From Flectonema sp. DT1601 (lineage: Eukaryota): 64,000 nt of DNA. The stretch spans positions 1,364,001-1,428,000 of the forward strand of contig OZ025790.1 of the NCBI GenBank assembly GCA_964019425.1. The letters are read 5' to 3'. The translations under genes and the position numbers were made by a program. The number at the start of each line of letters is the position of its first letter. Position 1 is the stretch's first letter. Shown piece after piece: positions 34,278 to 45,504 of this stretch. Under the pieces are notes generated by a model, which was not told where the DNA came from, made no database searches, and saw nothing but the letters and a program-made list of their open reading frames with translations.

Positions 34278-35906
34278 ATGAAACGGTCAGTCCTCCCTCT
34301 GTTGGAACAGTTTGCGAATGAAGTTGTAACAGCGGTGTACCACGCAGGTCAAGGGGGGTATCAAAAATTACGATGGTCAACAGACACCAATTATCGGGAA
34401 TTAGTAAAGAAAGCAGGTACTTGGCAGAATATGAAGCTACTACTGGAGACGCAAGACTGCCCAACCCCTTTACAGATTAGTAGGGATACTGCTAAACTTA
34501 AGATTCGTCTTGAAGACAAGGCAGTGGCTAATTTAATATCGGAAGTTAGACTGAATATCAAGGAAGAGTTAAATCAAGTGAAGAGACGGAAGATGTTGCA
34601 CACGGAGGGAATCCAACTCCAATGGCATGCCAGACAATATCATATTTTTGGTCAATCGAGTGTTACTTCTTTCATTGCGTGTTGTTCAGAGGTGCCTGAT
34701 ATGGAACTTGCTCTGAATACTGCTGATCTTCTAGGGAGATATCCAGTTTCTGTTTCAGTTTGGAGATCGTTGTTAGTCACAGCAAGGGAATCAAAAGATT
34801 TCACTGAAGCAACCAACATAATTGCTAACTTGTCACAACCGAATTCAAAGCTTTTAAAAGTTTACTTGCAATGTGCAGTTGCGACTAATCAGTGTGAGAA
34901 AACGATACTAGAAATTTTACAAAATATACCTCAGTCAACCTTCACTATCGAACATGCGGAAATAGCCCTGAAGGGAACCAATTCGTTGGAAAACTTTAGA
35001 TTGGTCCAGCAATTTATTTATGATAATAATCAGAAAGCTTCATCAAAAATTGACAAACACGCGATTCGAATTCTTTTAAAGTTTGGTAAGGTTTCCGAAT
35101 GTGAAGAAATAGCAGCCCTTCAACGTGTTATAAGTAACGAAGTCCACGGTCAGTTGAGAATGATGGTACCTAAAGGGATGACATGGATAAATAGAGTTCT
35201 CAGTGAGTCAGGCTTAAAAATAAATTATGGAAAAGGAAGTGTTGTTGAGAACAAACAAGAAGAAGTTGTCGATCAAAATCAATTTGAAGATAAAAAGATG
35301 TTAGCAACTGTCAGTGTTGGTCAAGGTGCTTTCGCAACAGCACTGGCGATGAAAGCATCACCAGCAGCGGTAACTGTTCCATTCGCAGCACCAGTTGCAA
35401 TGTGCAGTGCAGTTGCAGGATCTGGTCCGAACAGGGATAAGTCAACGATAACAACAGCTTCACTAATCGGTTCTGCAGCTTGGGCAGGTGCAGCCCTAGC
35501 AGGAACACCACCAGTAGCTGCTGGTGTTGTTGGTTCTCTTATTTCGTATTCAACAGCCAGAATGCTTTCGTTAAAACGCCCAACAGATTCTCCTCCTTCA
35601 GTCATTCAAAAAATATTGAAATTCGGTAACACAGTTTATGAAGGTCGTTTTCGGGATGTGGTTTCGATTCTCACTTCATCACCAATTCCTTTATATATCA
35701 AACTTATCTCAGATTTTCAAAAAGATCTTACAAAGTCTGACAGCAAGTACTCAATCTCTGTTGAAGAACCCGCCCTCAGTAAGACAAAGCTTCTCAGAAT
35801 ATCTGATGACGTGTTAGATAAAACCTTAGAGTGGATTAAAGAAAAGACATTCAAAGTTGTTAAGGATAGAGACGTGTTTGTATTTACAGTTTATTTTGTG
35901 AAGTAG
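34278..35906 (+). CDS. Uncharacterised protein with possible PPR-like helical repeats and an Ala/Gly-rich hydrophobic segment
   Basis: 542-aa ORF; VSVWRSLLVTARESKDFTEATNII resembles a PPR motif (weak). Confidence 0.65.
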   Translation: MKRSVLPLLEQFANEVVTAVYHAGQGGYQKLRWSTDTNYRELVKKAGTWQNMKLLLETQDCPTPLQISRDTAKLKIRLEDKAVANLISEVRLNIKEELNQVKRRKMLHTEGIQLQWHARQYHIFGQSSVTSFIACCSEVPDMELALNTADLLGRYPVSVSVWRSLLVTARESKDFTEATNIIANLSQPNSKLLKVYLQCAVATNQCEKTILEILQNIPQSTFTIEHAEIALKGTNSLENFRLVQQFIYDNNQKASSKIDKHAIRILLKFGKVSECEEIAALQRVISNEVHGQLRMMVPKGMTWINRVLSESGLKINYGKGSVVENKQEEVVDQNQFEDKKMLATVSVGQGAFATALAMKASPAAVTVPFAAPVAMCSAVAGSGPNRDKSTITTASLIGSAAWAGAALAGTPPVAAGVVGSLISYSTARMLSLKRPTDSPPSVIQKILKFGNTVYEGRFRDVVSILTSSPIPLYIKLISDFQKDLTKSDSKYSISVEEPALSKTKLLRISDDVLDKTLEWIKEKTFKVVKDRDVFVFTVYFVK

Positions 35907-36060
35907 CGAAGATTTTTTGTTATTTGATAATTTAGGTTTTCTGTCAAAAACCCTTTTTTTTTTTTAAAAGTTACTTCGTATGACAGCTCCAATCAGATAT
36001 TGAGAAGCGAGTCATGCTGAATTTAATTTTCCAAAATCAGGTCACCCCCTGTCACCATCA

Positions 36061-39000
36061 ATGTGTATGGAATCTGATGACGTCATCGTATCGTATCGTG
36101 ATATAGTCTTGCCTTCGTTTGACAAAGTTGATCAAATTTCTGTTGTTCATAGTTCGATAATCGATTTATGGCCGAAAGGAGGAAAGAAAAATGATCTCAA
36201 AGTTAAATACGAAATCACCGGCAATCTGATAAATGAGATCATAACAACCTCATGTGGATTGCTGTGTGGGATTGAGAACTCTACGTGGGATGTGGTAGTC
36301 AGACTTCAGTCTGAAAAAAAACCACGAGACGAATTCATTTCAGCAGCTGGTATTATTCAAAACCTCCTAACAAGTTACATGTCCAACAGTAAAGGTTCAT
36401 ACCAAAACTGGATGCTGTCTCCTGGATTGCCAGGAGGTATAAGCAACATTTGTGTCACCATCATTATAAAGAAAGCAACTGGAATGTCAGCCATCAGTGA
36501 TGTTGATGTTATTCATAAAAAGTGTATCGAGTTGCTTCCACTCAACTGTGATTTCAATACTTTGGTGTTGGTTTGGTGTAGGGCAACGGAAATTAAATTA
36601 ACGTGTGCTGAACTTGAAAAACTGTCGTCATCGGATGAGGTAAGGCAAATTATTAAGAATGTAAAAATGATCAACATCCCAAACAGAAATCACTGCTGGA
36701 AAAATCAGTTTTTTTTAGATGAAATATTCAGACTTACAATAACTGAATGTCCAGCATCGGGGTTGCATGCGATTCTGTGTGGAGAAGAGAATGTTCTTCT
36801 TTCACAAGATTACTTAATTGAAAGGCCAAGACTCTTGTTTAAAAAGGGACTCATCCGGAATCGAACCCACGTTTCTTGGTTTCAAATTTTCAGTAATTTC
36901 CCTCCGCACTATTGTATTCCTGAGAAGGTACAACTTAAATTGGTTAAAGCAGTTTCTGATGACGACAACAACTCCGAAACCTCCCCAACAGAAGAGCATT
37001 TTATGAAAATACTGGAACTCTTATCCAAGTGTTATGAATCATTTTTCGAACACAACGCTGACAAATTCCGACCTGACATAATTTTTGACTCCACCGAGAA
37101 TCGAACTGGATATAAATTTTTTACTAATAAGTTATTATTGAAGTGTGGGTGTAAAATTGAGAATAAAGTGTTTCTGGATGTTCTAAAATTGATTAGAAGG
37201 CAACAGCTTTGTGTGTATTGTTTTTCAGATTTGATCGATCTTATATGTGAATTAGAAATCGTAAAAAGATTATTACGACCGAATAGCCTACTCAACAAGG
37301 ATGTCTTCAGCAATCAATTAGAAATTCCTTGCAGTAACACAGAAATTTTTCAACTTCTTGAAAAGAATTCTATAAACGGAAAAGCAACTTGCAATCTAAG
37401 TTCGTATTTTAAAATAAAAATATCACTAAACAGCGTTCCGACGTTGGTGTGGTTATCGACGGCCAGACTCAGCAACATGGTTTCTAACGGGGGAGTGTGT
37501 TTTATTGAAGCGATGACAATGGCAAATAGTGTACTGAATAACTTCGATGATGATGAAATAAAAAACGGAATTTTTTCATCGTTGAGAAGGATATGTTGTT
37601 TTACAGATATCAAAAAAGTAACAACCCCAGAGCAAGTTTCAGTGATTGGTGAGGTGCTGTTGTCTATATCAAATTTAAAAAACTTATTATATGAAAAAGA
37701 ATCATCTATTTCCCTTTGGAGTTGTCTGAAAGAAATTTCAAACCCAAGCCATCCGTTGTCGATAATTGAATGCTGGAACATCTTAAAAAAAAATCTAATC
37801 TCAGTTGTAATTGAAAAAGGTCTTCATTTGAACATCAACTCTGTACTGGAACGACCTAAATTTAATCAGGTGTTGTTCATTTATAGTGAAATATGCTATG
37901 CTGATAATTTATTCAGCAAAGTTTCAAGGGGAGGTGCTGTAACTCCTGAACTTTGGAAGCAGTACACGAACATCAGTTACTTTAATAGGAAGGAAATGGG
38001 AATCGTAAAGTATCCTGAGTTCACTTCAGCAATATATAATTTATCTAAGATGGTGTCGGTGAAGTATCCCGTTGGTGATTATTCAGACGGAATACGTCTT
38101 TATCACTCTGGTCAATTGAAGGGTATCGGATTGTTATCTAACTCAGAATTTTTTGACTACTCAGAACCTCACGTGAGAGAAATTCAAATTGCGATAAATA
38201 GCAATTCGATGATGTCACTAGATGGTAAACATAAATGGAAAATAATACACAAAGAGGGATCAACAGTCAGTGAGATCCAGTCGGTGTTGGACGAAATTGG
38301 AGGGCAATCTACGAAAAGAGTTATGAAATTAGTAATTCCGATATCATCGATGCCGCAAACTATCGACCAACTCATCAGAGTTATTGGGTTCAGTAAAATG
38401 TTAAATAACAACTCGTTAGTTTTAAAGTATGCATCACACCATCCGAGTGTGTTGGGTCTTTCAAAGGGTTTCAACGATGATTATTTGACCTCAATTTGTA
38501 ACGTTATTTCTGATGAGATAAACACCTCCAACTCAGTCAGTCTTAATAATTGTAATACTCCAGAAGAGAAATGGTTTCTGTTGTGTAGATTACTTCTCAC
38601 GTCCTACGCGGAGAATGATTTTCACGGATGTCATTCACAGATGGAAACTATTTTTAAATCAGTTGATAAAAAACAATTTGATATTTACACGATGAGTAGT
38701 AGATGGCTTGGGATGGTTTATGATGTCGAATTATTTTATTCTATACTAGTAAAGGTAATGATGGATTGTTATGGGTTTTCAACTAGAGAAATCGAACCAA
38801 AAGAAATCCCGACAGACATTGGACAAAAACAATTTTTTAAAAATAAAAAAATATCAAAATCGACTCGTTCAGTAAAAAGAAGCACAATTTCTATGCCCAC
38901 GCCACCAACAGAAACAATGCCATCTCTGACTCCAATTGTCGGGAGGGGTGCTTCGTTTTTAATAAGAATATCGTATTTAGAGCTCTGCTGGCATCTACAA

Positions 39001-39552
39001 CCATCATCAGTCATTGAGTCGCCACTCTTATGGATCGATCCACTCACTCTTATCCCGTCATTAGAAGAAGTGGAATTGTCAATATCACTTTTTAGAAAGG
39101 TACAACAAAACTATCAAACGTACTTTAATGAGATCAACTGTTTGGGTGGAATGTTTGACGTAGTTTGCATATCAAAGTTTATTGCGACCACATTCGGATC
39201 TGATGAGACTGAAGCGTCGGTTTTTTTTAACGACAAGAGAACTGGTTTAACTCAAACTGATTACCTGTTGTATCGTTCCTGGATTGATTTAGTTAGTTTT
39301 GTATTCGATTTGATAGACGTCACTCACGTTGGGGAGTTGAGTAGTACGGTACTTTGTAGGTATCTTCTTGATCACCAACTTGGTGAAATTATTTCAAATT
39401 TTGGATCAGTCTCGGATAAGCCGACGTGCCATTATCAAATTCCTTTCTTAGACCACCACCTGCCGGGGTTTTTGACGAAATCAGACTTCTCGTTGTTTCT
39501 GACGACGGTTGCTTTTAAGAATGGAAATCCTCTTTTAGAAGAACAGCCTTGA
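36061..39552 (+). CDS. Uncharacterised protein (1163 aa)
   Basis: Long uninterrupted ORF, no motif recognised. Confidence 0.75.
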   Translation: MCMESDDVIVSYRDIVLPSFDKVDQISVVHSSIIDLWPKGGKKNDLKVKYEITGNLINEIITTSCGLLCGIENSTWDVVVRLQSEKKPRDEFISAAGIIQNLLTSYMSNSKGSYQNWMLSPGLPGGISNICVTIIIKKATGMSAISDVDVIHKKCIELLPLNCDFNTLVLVWCRATEIKLTCAELEKLSSSDEVRQIIKNVKMINIPNRNHCWKNQFFLDEIFRLTITECPASGLHAILCGEENVLLSQDYLIERPRLLFKKGLIRNRTHVSWFQIFSNFPPHYCIPEKVQLKLVKAVSDDDNNSETSPTEEHFMKILELLSKCYESFFEHNADKFRPDIIFDSTENRTGYKFFTNKLLLKCGCKIENKVFLDVLKLIRRQQLCVYCFSDLIDLICELEIVKRLLRPNSLLNKDVFSNQLEIPCSNTEIFQLLEKNSINGKATCNLSSYFKIKISLNSVPTLVWLSTARLSNMVSNGGVCFIEAMTMANSVLNNFDDDEIKNGIFSSLRRICCFTDIKKVTTPEQVSVIGEVLLSISNLKNLLYEKESSISLWSCLKEISNPSHPLSIIECWNILKKNLISVVIEKGLHLNINSVLERPKFNQVLFIYSEICYADNLFSKVSRGGAVTPELWKQYTNISYFNRKEMGIVKYPEFTSAIYNLSKMVSVKYPVGDYSDGIRLYHSGQLKGIGLLSNSEFFDYSEPHVREIQIAINSNSMMSLDGKHKWKIIHKEGSTVSEIQSVLDEIGGQSTKRVMKLVIPISSMPQTIDQLIRVIGFSKMLNNNSLVLKYASHHPSVLGLSKGFNDDYLTSICNVISDEINTSNSVSLNNCNTPEEKWFLLCRLLLTSYAENDFHGCHSQMETIFKSVDKKQFDIYTMSSRWLGMVYDVELFYSILVKVMMDCYGFSTREIEPKEIPTDIGQKQFFKNKKISKSTRSVKRSTISMPTPPTETMPSLTPIVGRGASFLIRISYLELCWHLQPSSVIESPLLWIDPLTLIPSLEEVELSISLFRKVQQNYQTYFNEINCLGGMFDVVCISKFIATTFGSDETEASVFFNDKRTGLTQTDYLLYRSWIDLVSFVFDLIDVTHVGELSSTVLCRYLLDHQLGEIISNFGSVSDKPTCHYQIPFLDHHLPGFLTKSDFSLFLTTVAFKNGNPLLEEQP

Positions 39553-39812
39553 TGAGATTTTCATTTCTCGATTTGATACATTTTTTGTTATTCATTTACA
39601 CACCGTTTAGAGAGAAGAGATGTGGTCAATTTGAGATCATTTTATATAAATTTTCCTCCATCCAGATCTGTAGTACGTGGCCCCTGAAACCCATATTCGA
39701 AAGCATTTAAACAACTGTTGGTCGTTTTATCCAGTTTCAAAGTTTTACTTTATATTTAGTAAGTTACCTTCCTTTAACCTTTTTCATCATCACAACCAAA
39801 CCAGAGCATGAA

Positions 39813-40760
39813 ATGAACGGATTTGTTCTGTTGGAGACGACGACAGGGTCACCTGTTCATTTTTCTGTTTGGAAGGAAGGTTTTGGTGTCAATGGCTTGC
39901 GGTCACACGTTGATCCAAGAATAACAGCAATTAGTATAGCTGGTCTGTTATCTGGAATGAGAATCAAAGAGCAATTCGCTTTTGGAGATGACATAGCAGG
40001 TGATCAGTTGGAATTCTGTGGTGGAGGTGTTCGGGTGGTTCAGAAATCATTTCCATCTGCGAACATGATGAGCATCGTCTCGGCTTCGGATGAGATTCCA
40101 ACAGAAGTAGCGCAGATGTTGGCGAAATCGATTGGTGAAAAATTTCTAGAAAAACATGAAGATGCGATCGAAAATGCTGCCAAAGGAGTCATCAAATCGT
40201 ATAAGAAATCAATGCGTCCCCTCGTAGCGACAACCATTTGGGATTCTATACAAACACTTAACAATAACCTACTCGCTGTAAGTAATCCCATTGCGGATAC
40301 TCCTTGGATAGCTACAGTTTATTCACCTGATTTATCATCTTCAATAAGAAAGTCATCTTGTATATCTTACACTAAAAGTGATACGTCCATTGTGATGAGG
40401 GATATTGTAGCATCTTCGGTTCTAAGTCAGACAAACGAGTCGATCGATATTTCGTATCCACTTCCTTGGATGCAACCAACCGTTTTAGAAGTTTTTATGC
40501 CAAAAGTATTACAGGTGGCGTTGACGGCTTTACGTTTAAATTCAACGTCGTTGCCATTAACCCCGTGTACCGCTTGTATCAAAGTATCTGAGAATATGGC
40601 GCTTGTTATTTTTACTCTCGGGGATTTTTATTTTATATTGCCGACGATGTCGTCGCAGTTCGATTCTACGCTCTTAAGCCACGTCATTGATGCAGAGGGC
40701 GGGGCTTTGCGGGAGATGCTGAAATTTGCGTCTGAAAATACCATACCCGCGGAACAATAA
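39813..40760 (+). CDS. Uncharacterised protein, N-terminus possibly longin-like
   Basis: 315-aa ORF; FVLLETTTGSPVHF...IAGLLSGM...AKSIGEKFLEKH pattern only loosely suggests a longin fold. Confidence 0.65.
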   Translation: MNGFVLLETTTGSPVHFSVWKEGFGVNGLRSHVDPRITAISIAGLLSGMRIKEQFAFGDDIAGDQLEFCGGGVRVVQKSFPSANMMSIVSASDEIPTEVAQMLAKSIGEKFLEKHEDAIENAAKGVIKSYKKSMRPLVATTIWDSIQTLNNNLLAVSNPIADTPWIATVYSPDLSSSIRKSSCISYTKSDTSIVMRDIVASSVLSQTNESIDISYPLPWMQPTVLEVFMPKVLQVALTALRLNSTSLPLTPCTACIKVSENMALVIFTLGDFYFILPTMSSQFDSTLLSHVIDAEGGALREMLKFASENTIPAEQ

Positions 40761-41403
40761 TCATAGTTGAGATTCACGTGGCGAAGAAAAAAAAAAAAAA
40801 AAAAAAAAAGGCTACTTCAGAGCCTATGATCAATAACCCGAAGGTAGCAATAATAAGTTAAAGTCTTGTAAATGTTACATGGCAAAGTCGGAGAAATAAG
40901 CTATTCAGATTAAAAAACGAGGGCCTGTGATCCGAATGGCTTATTTATTTTGTTTTATTTTGATCCGTTTCTTTACGTGTTATATTCTTTCTGCTGCAAT
41001 AGCGGGGTTTTTTATTTTTTTTATTTTTTTTTCGATCCCCCTTCTTCCTCTACTCTCAGGTACTTTATGATTATAAGTTGCAGTATTTGTATTTAAAAAA
41101 AAAAAAAATGAAAAAAAAAATAATTACTTTTTTTGTTGTTGTTTTTCTAAAATAGTAGTAATTAGCTAACAAATGTGACTGGACTGCGTGGTGCGCTGTG
41201 ATGAATTTGACAGACAAAACCAAAATAACAAAAACTTCTTCAAAACACGTTATTTCAATTACAGTAATCGCAATCCCTCCTACAGAGAATGTTATCTACT
41301 CGGGTTCTTCTTTTGTGTGACAACCGAAAAAACAAAACTATGAAAGTAAAAGTGTTTAACGTTGCGCTGCCGCAATTCTCTTTCAGCAACAGGTACAGCA
41401 ATA

Positions 41404-42969
41404 ATGAGAGTGGCAAAGCTTGCGATCCCTCCAACGGAGAATGAGCATAAGATTTTTCGAACTCTTATTGGTGTGAATGACACTTTTGGATTGAAATGTA
41501 CCCTGAGAGTAGCAGGCGGGTGGGTAAGAGATCGTCTTCTGGGACATGAAAGCAACGACATCGACATCGCTCTCGAAGGTGTTCATGAAGGAATTCCGAT
41601 GACTGGATCTGTGTACTCTAATTTCGTAGCTCGTTATCAAACTCAACATGGTTTAGAAGCCTCACACATAGGAACAATAAAGGCTAATCCTGATCAGTCG
41701 AAACATTTAGAAACAGCAACGATGCAAATCTGTGGAATTGATATTGACTTTGTTAACCTTCGTTGTGAAGAGTACGCCACCAGCAGAATACCTATCATGA
41801 GACCAGGTACACCAGCTGAGGATGCAAGTCGTAGAGATTTGACGATAAACTCGTTATTTTATAACATTCACACGAGTTCTGTTGAGGACTTCACGAGTGG
41901 TCTTACGGACTTGGAAGATCATGTAATTAGGACACCTCTGCCCCCGTTGATGACTTTCTTTGATGACCCTCTGAGATTGCTGCGTTGTGTTCGTTTTGCA
42001 TGTCGTTTTCAGTTTGAGATCCACCCGGCAATCCTTGAGGCTTCGAAAGATGAAAAAATTCATCGGGCGTTGCGAGACAAAGTTTCTCGTTCTCGCGTCG
42101 GCATTGAAATCACGAAAATACTTTCATCTCGCAGCGCCGTACGAGCATTGGAGTTATTTCATGAATTTGGTATCGAAAAAATCGTTTTTGAGGAATGCTC
42201 ATTCTCCAAAAAGGGACAACTGATTTCCTCAAAACCAGTTGATTTCACTCCATCACAGTGGGTTGAATCTCTCAAGATAATTAAAAACTTAAACAGCGAT
42301 GATCTGGAATTGAACTTGACAGCAATTGTTGCTCCATATTTGTCTGAAATTGCAACTGGTGAGTTAGATAAGAAACTTCAAGGGATTCTTACGAATGGAC
42401 TTTCGATTTCTTCGCAATACGCAAGTTTTAGTTTTGTGATCTTGAGAGCTATAAGAATTCTACCTAACGACTTTTGGGACTCTCCAATAGAACTGGACAT
42501 TCCACACACTGTTGACAACTACCCGAAAGACATTGCTTCCGTCAACCCGAAGAGATTAGCACTTTGTGAAATGATGCAATTAGCTATTGAAAAAGTAGAC
42601 AAAAACAAGACGAGAGAACTTTGGGAACAGTCGCTTCTGATATCTGCTGCCCTGAATGACGTTGACATCGATGATGCACATCTTTTGATTACCAGAATTA
42701 AGAAGGATAAATATCTTTCGACTGTTCCCACACTCACTCCCATTCACAGAGGTAATGAATTGACTGTATGTGTTTTATTATTATTAATTTTTTTTATTGG
42801 GAGAGTGAGAATAAAACGAACCAAAAAGGCAACACCAACAACACAGAAATTGCTTAACCTACCGGTAGGACCAACCATCAAGACGTACCTTCAGAGGCAA
42901 TTTATATTTCAAAGTCAAGTAAAGAGTCCTTCAGGTGATGACGTGCTTGCTTTCTTAAAAGCTCATTGA
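41404..42969 (+). CDS. CCA1: Class II tRNA nucleotidyltransferase (CCA-adding enzyme), probable intron 42766-42846
   Basis: LRVAGGWVRDRLLG, DIDIAL, DFVNLR, EDASRRDLTINSLFY, DDPLRLLR motifs. Confidence 0.92.
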   Translation: MRVAKLAIPPTENEHKIFRTLIGVNDTFGLKCTLRVAGGWVRDRLLGHESNDIDIALEGVHEGIPMTGSVYSNFVARYQTQHGLEASHIGTIKANPDQSKHLETATMQICGIDIDFVNLRCEEYATSRIPIMRPGTPAEDASRRDLTINSLFYNIHTSSVEDFTSGLTDLEDHVIRTPLPPLMTFFDDPLRLLRCVRFACRFQFEIHPAILEASKDEKIHRALRDKVSRSRVGIEITKILSSRSAVRALELFHEFGIEKIVFEECSFSKKGQLISSKPVDFTPSQWVESLKIIKNLNSDDLELNLTAIVAPYLSEIATGELDKKLQGILTNGLSISSQYASFSFVILRAIRILPNDFWDSPIELDIPHTVDNYPKDIASVNPKRLALCEMMQLAIEKVDKNKTRELWEQSLLISAALNDVDIDDAHLLITRIKKDKYLSTVPTLTPIHRGNELTVCVLLLLIFFIGRVRIKRTKKATPTTQKLLNLPVGPTIKTYLQRQFIFQSQVKSPSGDDVLAFLKAH

Positions 42970-43090
42970 TACACTAACCTTCCTCAATGACGACCACGTT
43001 GCTTTCTCACACGAAAAGGACAGCTGTATCCTCTCTTTAATAATTATATGTTCACAACAGAGACAAACAGACAAGAAAAAGAAAAAAAAA

Positions 43091-43758
43091 ATGGGGAGAA
43101 AAGCCATGCATGCGGTCAGGAAAAAGATATTAAACAAAGTATGTTAATAGTTATTGGAAAGGAGCTGTTGTTGTCAGAAATAACAAACAAACAACAAAAA
43201 CAGGATAAAGAAGATAAGAAGTTAAAAAAAAATGAAGCAACCACCGAAAGACGTTCTCGTTTTAATGATTTAGGTGCGGCAGAGTTTCATGAAAAAAGTG
43301 TGAAGAGAGTGACCCAAGTTCACAGTCAGATGTACCTCAGACATAATGAAGCCTTAGGACCTCCGTACAGAGTTCTTGTTGATACGAATTTTATAAATTT
43401 TTCAATGCAAAATAAAATGGACATGATTCAGGGTATTATGGACTGTTTATATGCGAAAGTTGATATATTTGTGTGTGGATGCGTCTTTGCTGAATTACAA
43501 AAACTTGGAGATCGTTTTAAAGTCGCTCTGAAATTAACAACCGATCCCCGATTCAAGCGTCTGGTTTGCGATAATACATACGCTGATGATTGTATTGTAA
43601 ACAGAGTAACTGAGAATCCAATTTATATTGTCGGAACGGCAGATAAAGATCTGAAAAGACGACTTCGTAAGATACCCGGAGTGCCTATTATGTACATATC
43701 AAAACACAGATACACTGTTGAGAGACTGCCTGATGCATACGGTGCTCCGAGAGAATAG
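43091..43758 (+). CDS. FCF1: rRNA-processing PIN nuclease FCF1/Utp24, exons 43091-43138 and 43204-43758
   Basis: NEALGPPYRVLVDTNFINFS, TYADDCIV, DLKRRLRKIPGVPIMY. Confidence 0.93.
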
Positions 43759-43953
43759 GTTTTGGTTTGGTTTTGTGTTTCATCAAACGATTTTTTTGAG
43801 GCTTTTTTTTATTTTTTTTATCATATTTTACGAAAATAAAAAGTAATATTTTTGTTTTGTCAACAACTCTCTATCCTTATTGTCAGTTTATCAGAGAGGA
43901 GAAAAAAAAGTAGTAAAAGGATGTTACGTTATCGCTATTTCAAGCAGTTATTA

Positions 43954-43984
<31 letters not shown>

Positions 43985-44235
43985 CTCCTTCCCAGATTAA
44001 AATGAAGAGATGCCGGGGGAGAATCGAGACATGAGAGTGAATTCACATTTCGACGTTCTATTGCGGATAGTATTTCATTCTCTTTTTTTCCTTTTTTATA
44101 CAAAGTTGTTACAAAGTAGGCAGATAAGATTTGAAAGAGAAGAATCCGTAAGATATCCGAAGTACCTCTAAATTATATTTATTTATAATTTTTTTTTTTT
44201 TTTTCATTGCAGAGTTTCTCAACAGAACAATAACA

Positions 44236-45225
44236 ATGGTTTGGACTTCAGACCCGGCAGCATATTCTAAAATAATATTGCATTCAATAAGGTATCCTTC
44301 TCAGAGTGTGTCAGGGTTCCTTATTGGAGAGAGCGTTAAGAAAGACGGAGAATCAGTTCTTCACATTTCAGATGTGTTACCACTTTGCCATACCAACGTT
44401 CAGCTCTTACCAAATGCAGAAGTAGGATTTTCCGTTGCGAAGGCAGTTGCTAAGGAGAAGAAGATGAGAGTTGTATGTTTTTTTTTTATTTTGCATTTAA
44501 CAAGTATTGTAAGAACGAAAAAAAGAATGTTGGGCAGCACACGTAAACTTCCTGTAGCTTTATCAGTTTAAAGTCGGTTTGCGGGTTTTCGTGACACAAA
44601 CAAAGCATCAACAAGTGTTATATTGCTATTTTCTGTATGGTATAAGATAAAGCCAATTCTTTTTTTTTTTTTTTTTTTAATCCAACATCACAAACACAGA
44701 TTGGGTACTACTACGCTCCTCAACTCCTTGAAGAGCGGACCACCAGCATGACTCCTTTCGCTGAGAAGATTATGAAAATGTTTGTGTTTTTTATTTCGTT
44801 TTTTGGTTCAAACAAAAACAAAATAATTCACTGTGTTTTCCTAAGAGTGACAACGAAAGAAATTTTCCATTTTATCTTCCCCGAAAAAAACAAAAAAAAA
44901 AAATAAAAAAAAAATTAGGATCACTGACGGAGCTGGAAAACAATCCACGATGGCAATTCAAATAGTAAACAACCGAGTCAGTGTATCCGGAAAAGAATGC
45001 CCACTGAAGTTCTTTGATGGAAACGATTTAAAGGGTGGAAGAACCAACGAATCTGGTTGCTTCAAATTATTCAGCAAAGGCGAAGAAATACAATACTCCT
45101 CTTTCGCTCCTATTCTAGAGAGTCACATAAAGAAGGGATTGGTGTCAAAATTGATCGACTTTGAAGCGCATTTGGATAATCCGAAATTAGACTTTACTAA
45201 CGACAGCATTAATAAAGTTTTTTAA
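44236..45225 (+). CDS. EMC8: ER membrane complex subunit EMC8/9 (UPF0172), exons 44236-44472, 44700-44779, 44919-45225
   Basis: AYSKIILHSIRYP...VSGFLIG...DVLPLCH, IGYYYA, LIDFEAHLDN...N motifs; two introns restore the frame. Confidence 0.85.
44493..44660 (+). repeat. Dispersed ~170-bp repeat, here intronic; other copies at 48067-48229 and 62451-62542, diverged copies near 190-300 and 1365-1480
   Basis: TTAACAAGTATTGTAAGAACGAAAAAGAATGTTGGGCAGCACACGTAAAC...AGCTTTATCAGTTTAAAGTCGGTT shared by the three main copies. Confidence 0.85.
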
Positions 45226-45504
45226 TAATTTAGTTAAAAAACGGTAGTTAGGTTTCGTAAATTGGTGGACATCTGTTTCTGTGTTTGATCATGCAGGAGG
45301 TCCTTTTTTAGAAAGGCTAAAAATAAAAGAGATGTAGTTTTTTTTAAAATTTAAAAAAAAAAAAAAAATGGAAGTGTGTGTCTGTTTGAGAAAAGTTTTT
45401 TTTTTTTATATTTTTTTTCTGAGACCGTTTTTTTTTCCTCCAATTTTTATTTATATTTTCAGTAGGAGAAAAAGACGGAGAAAAAAAAACAAAAACCCCC
45501 AATA

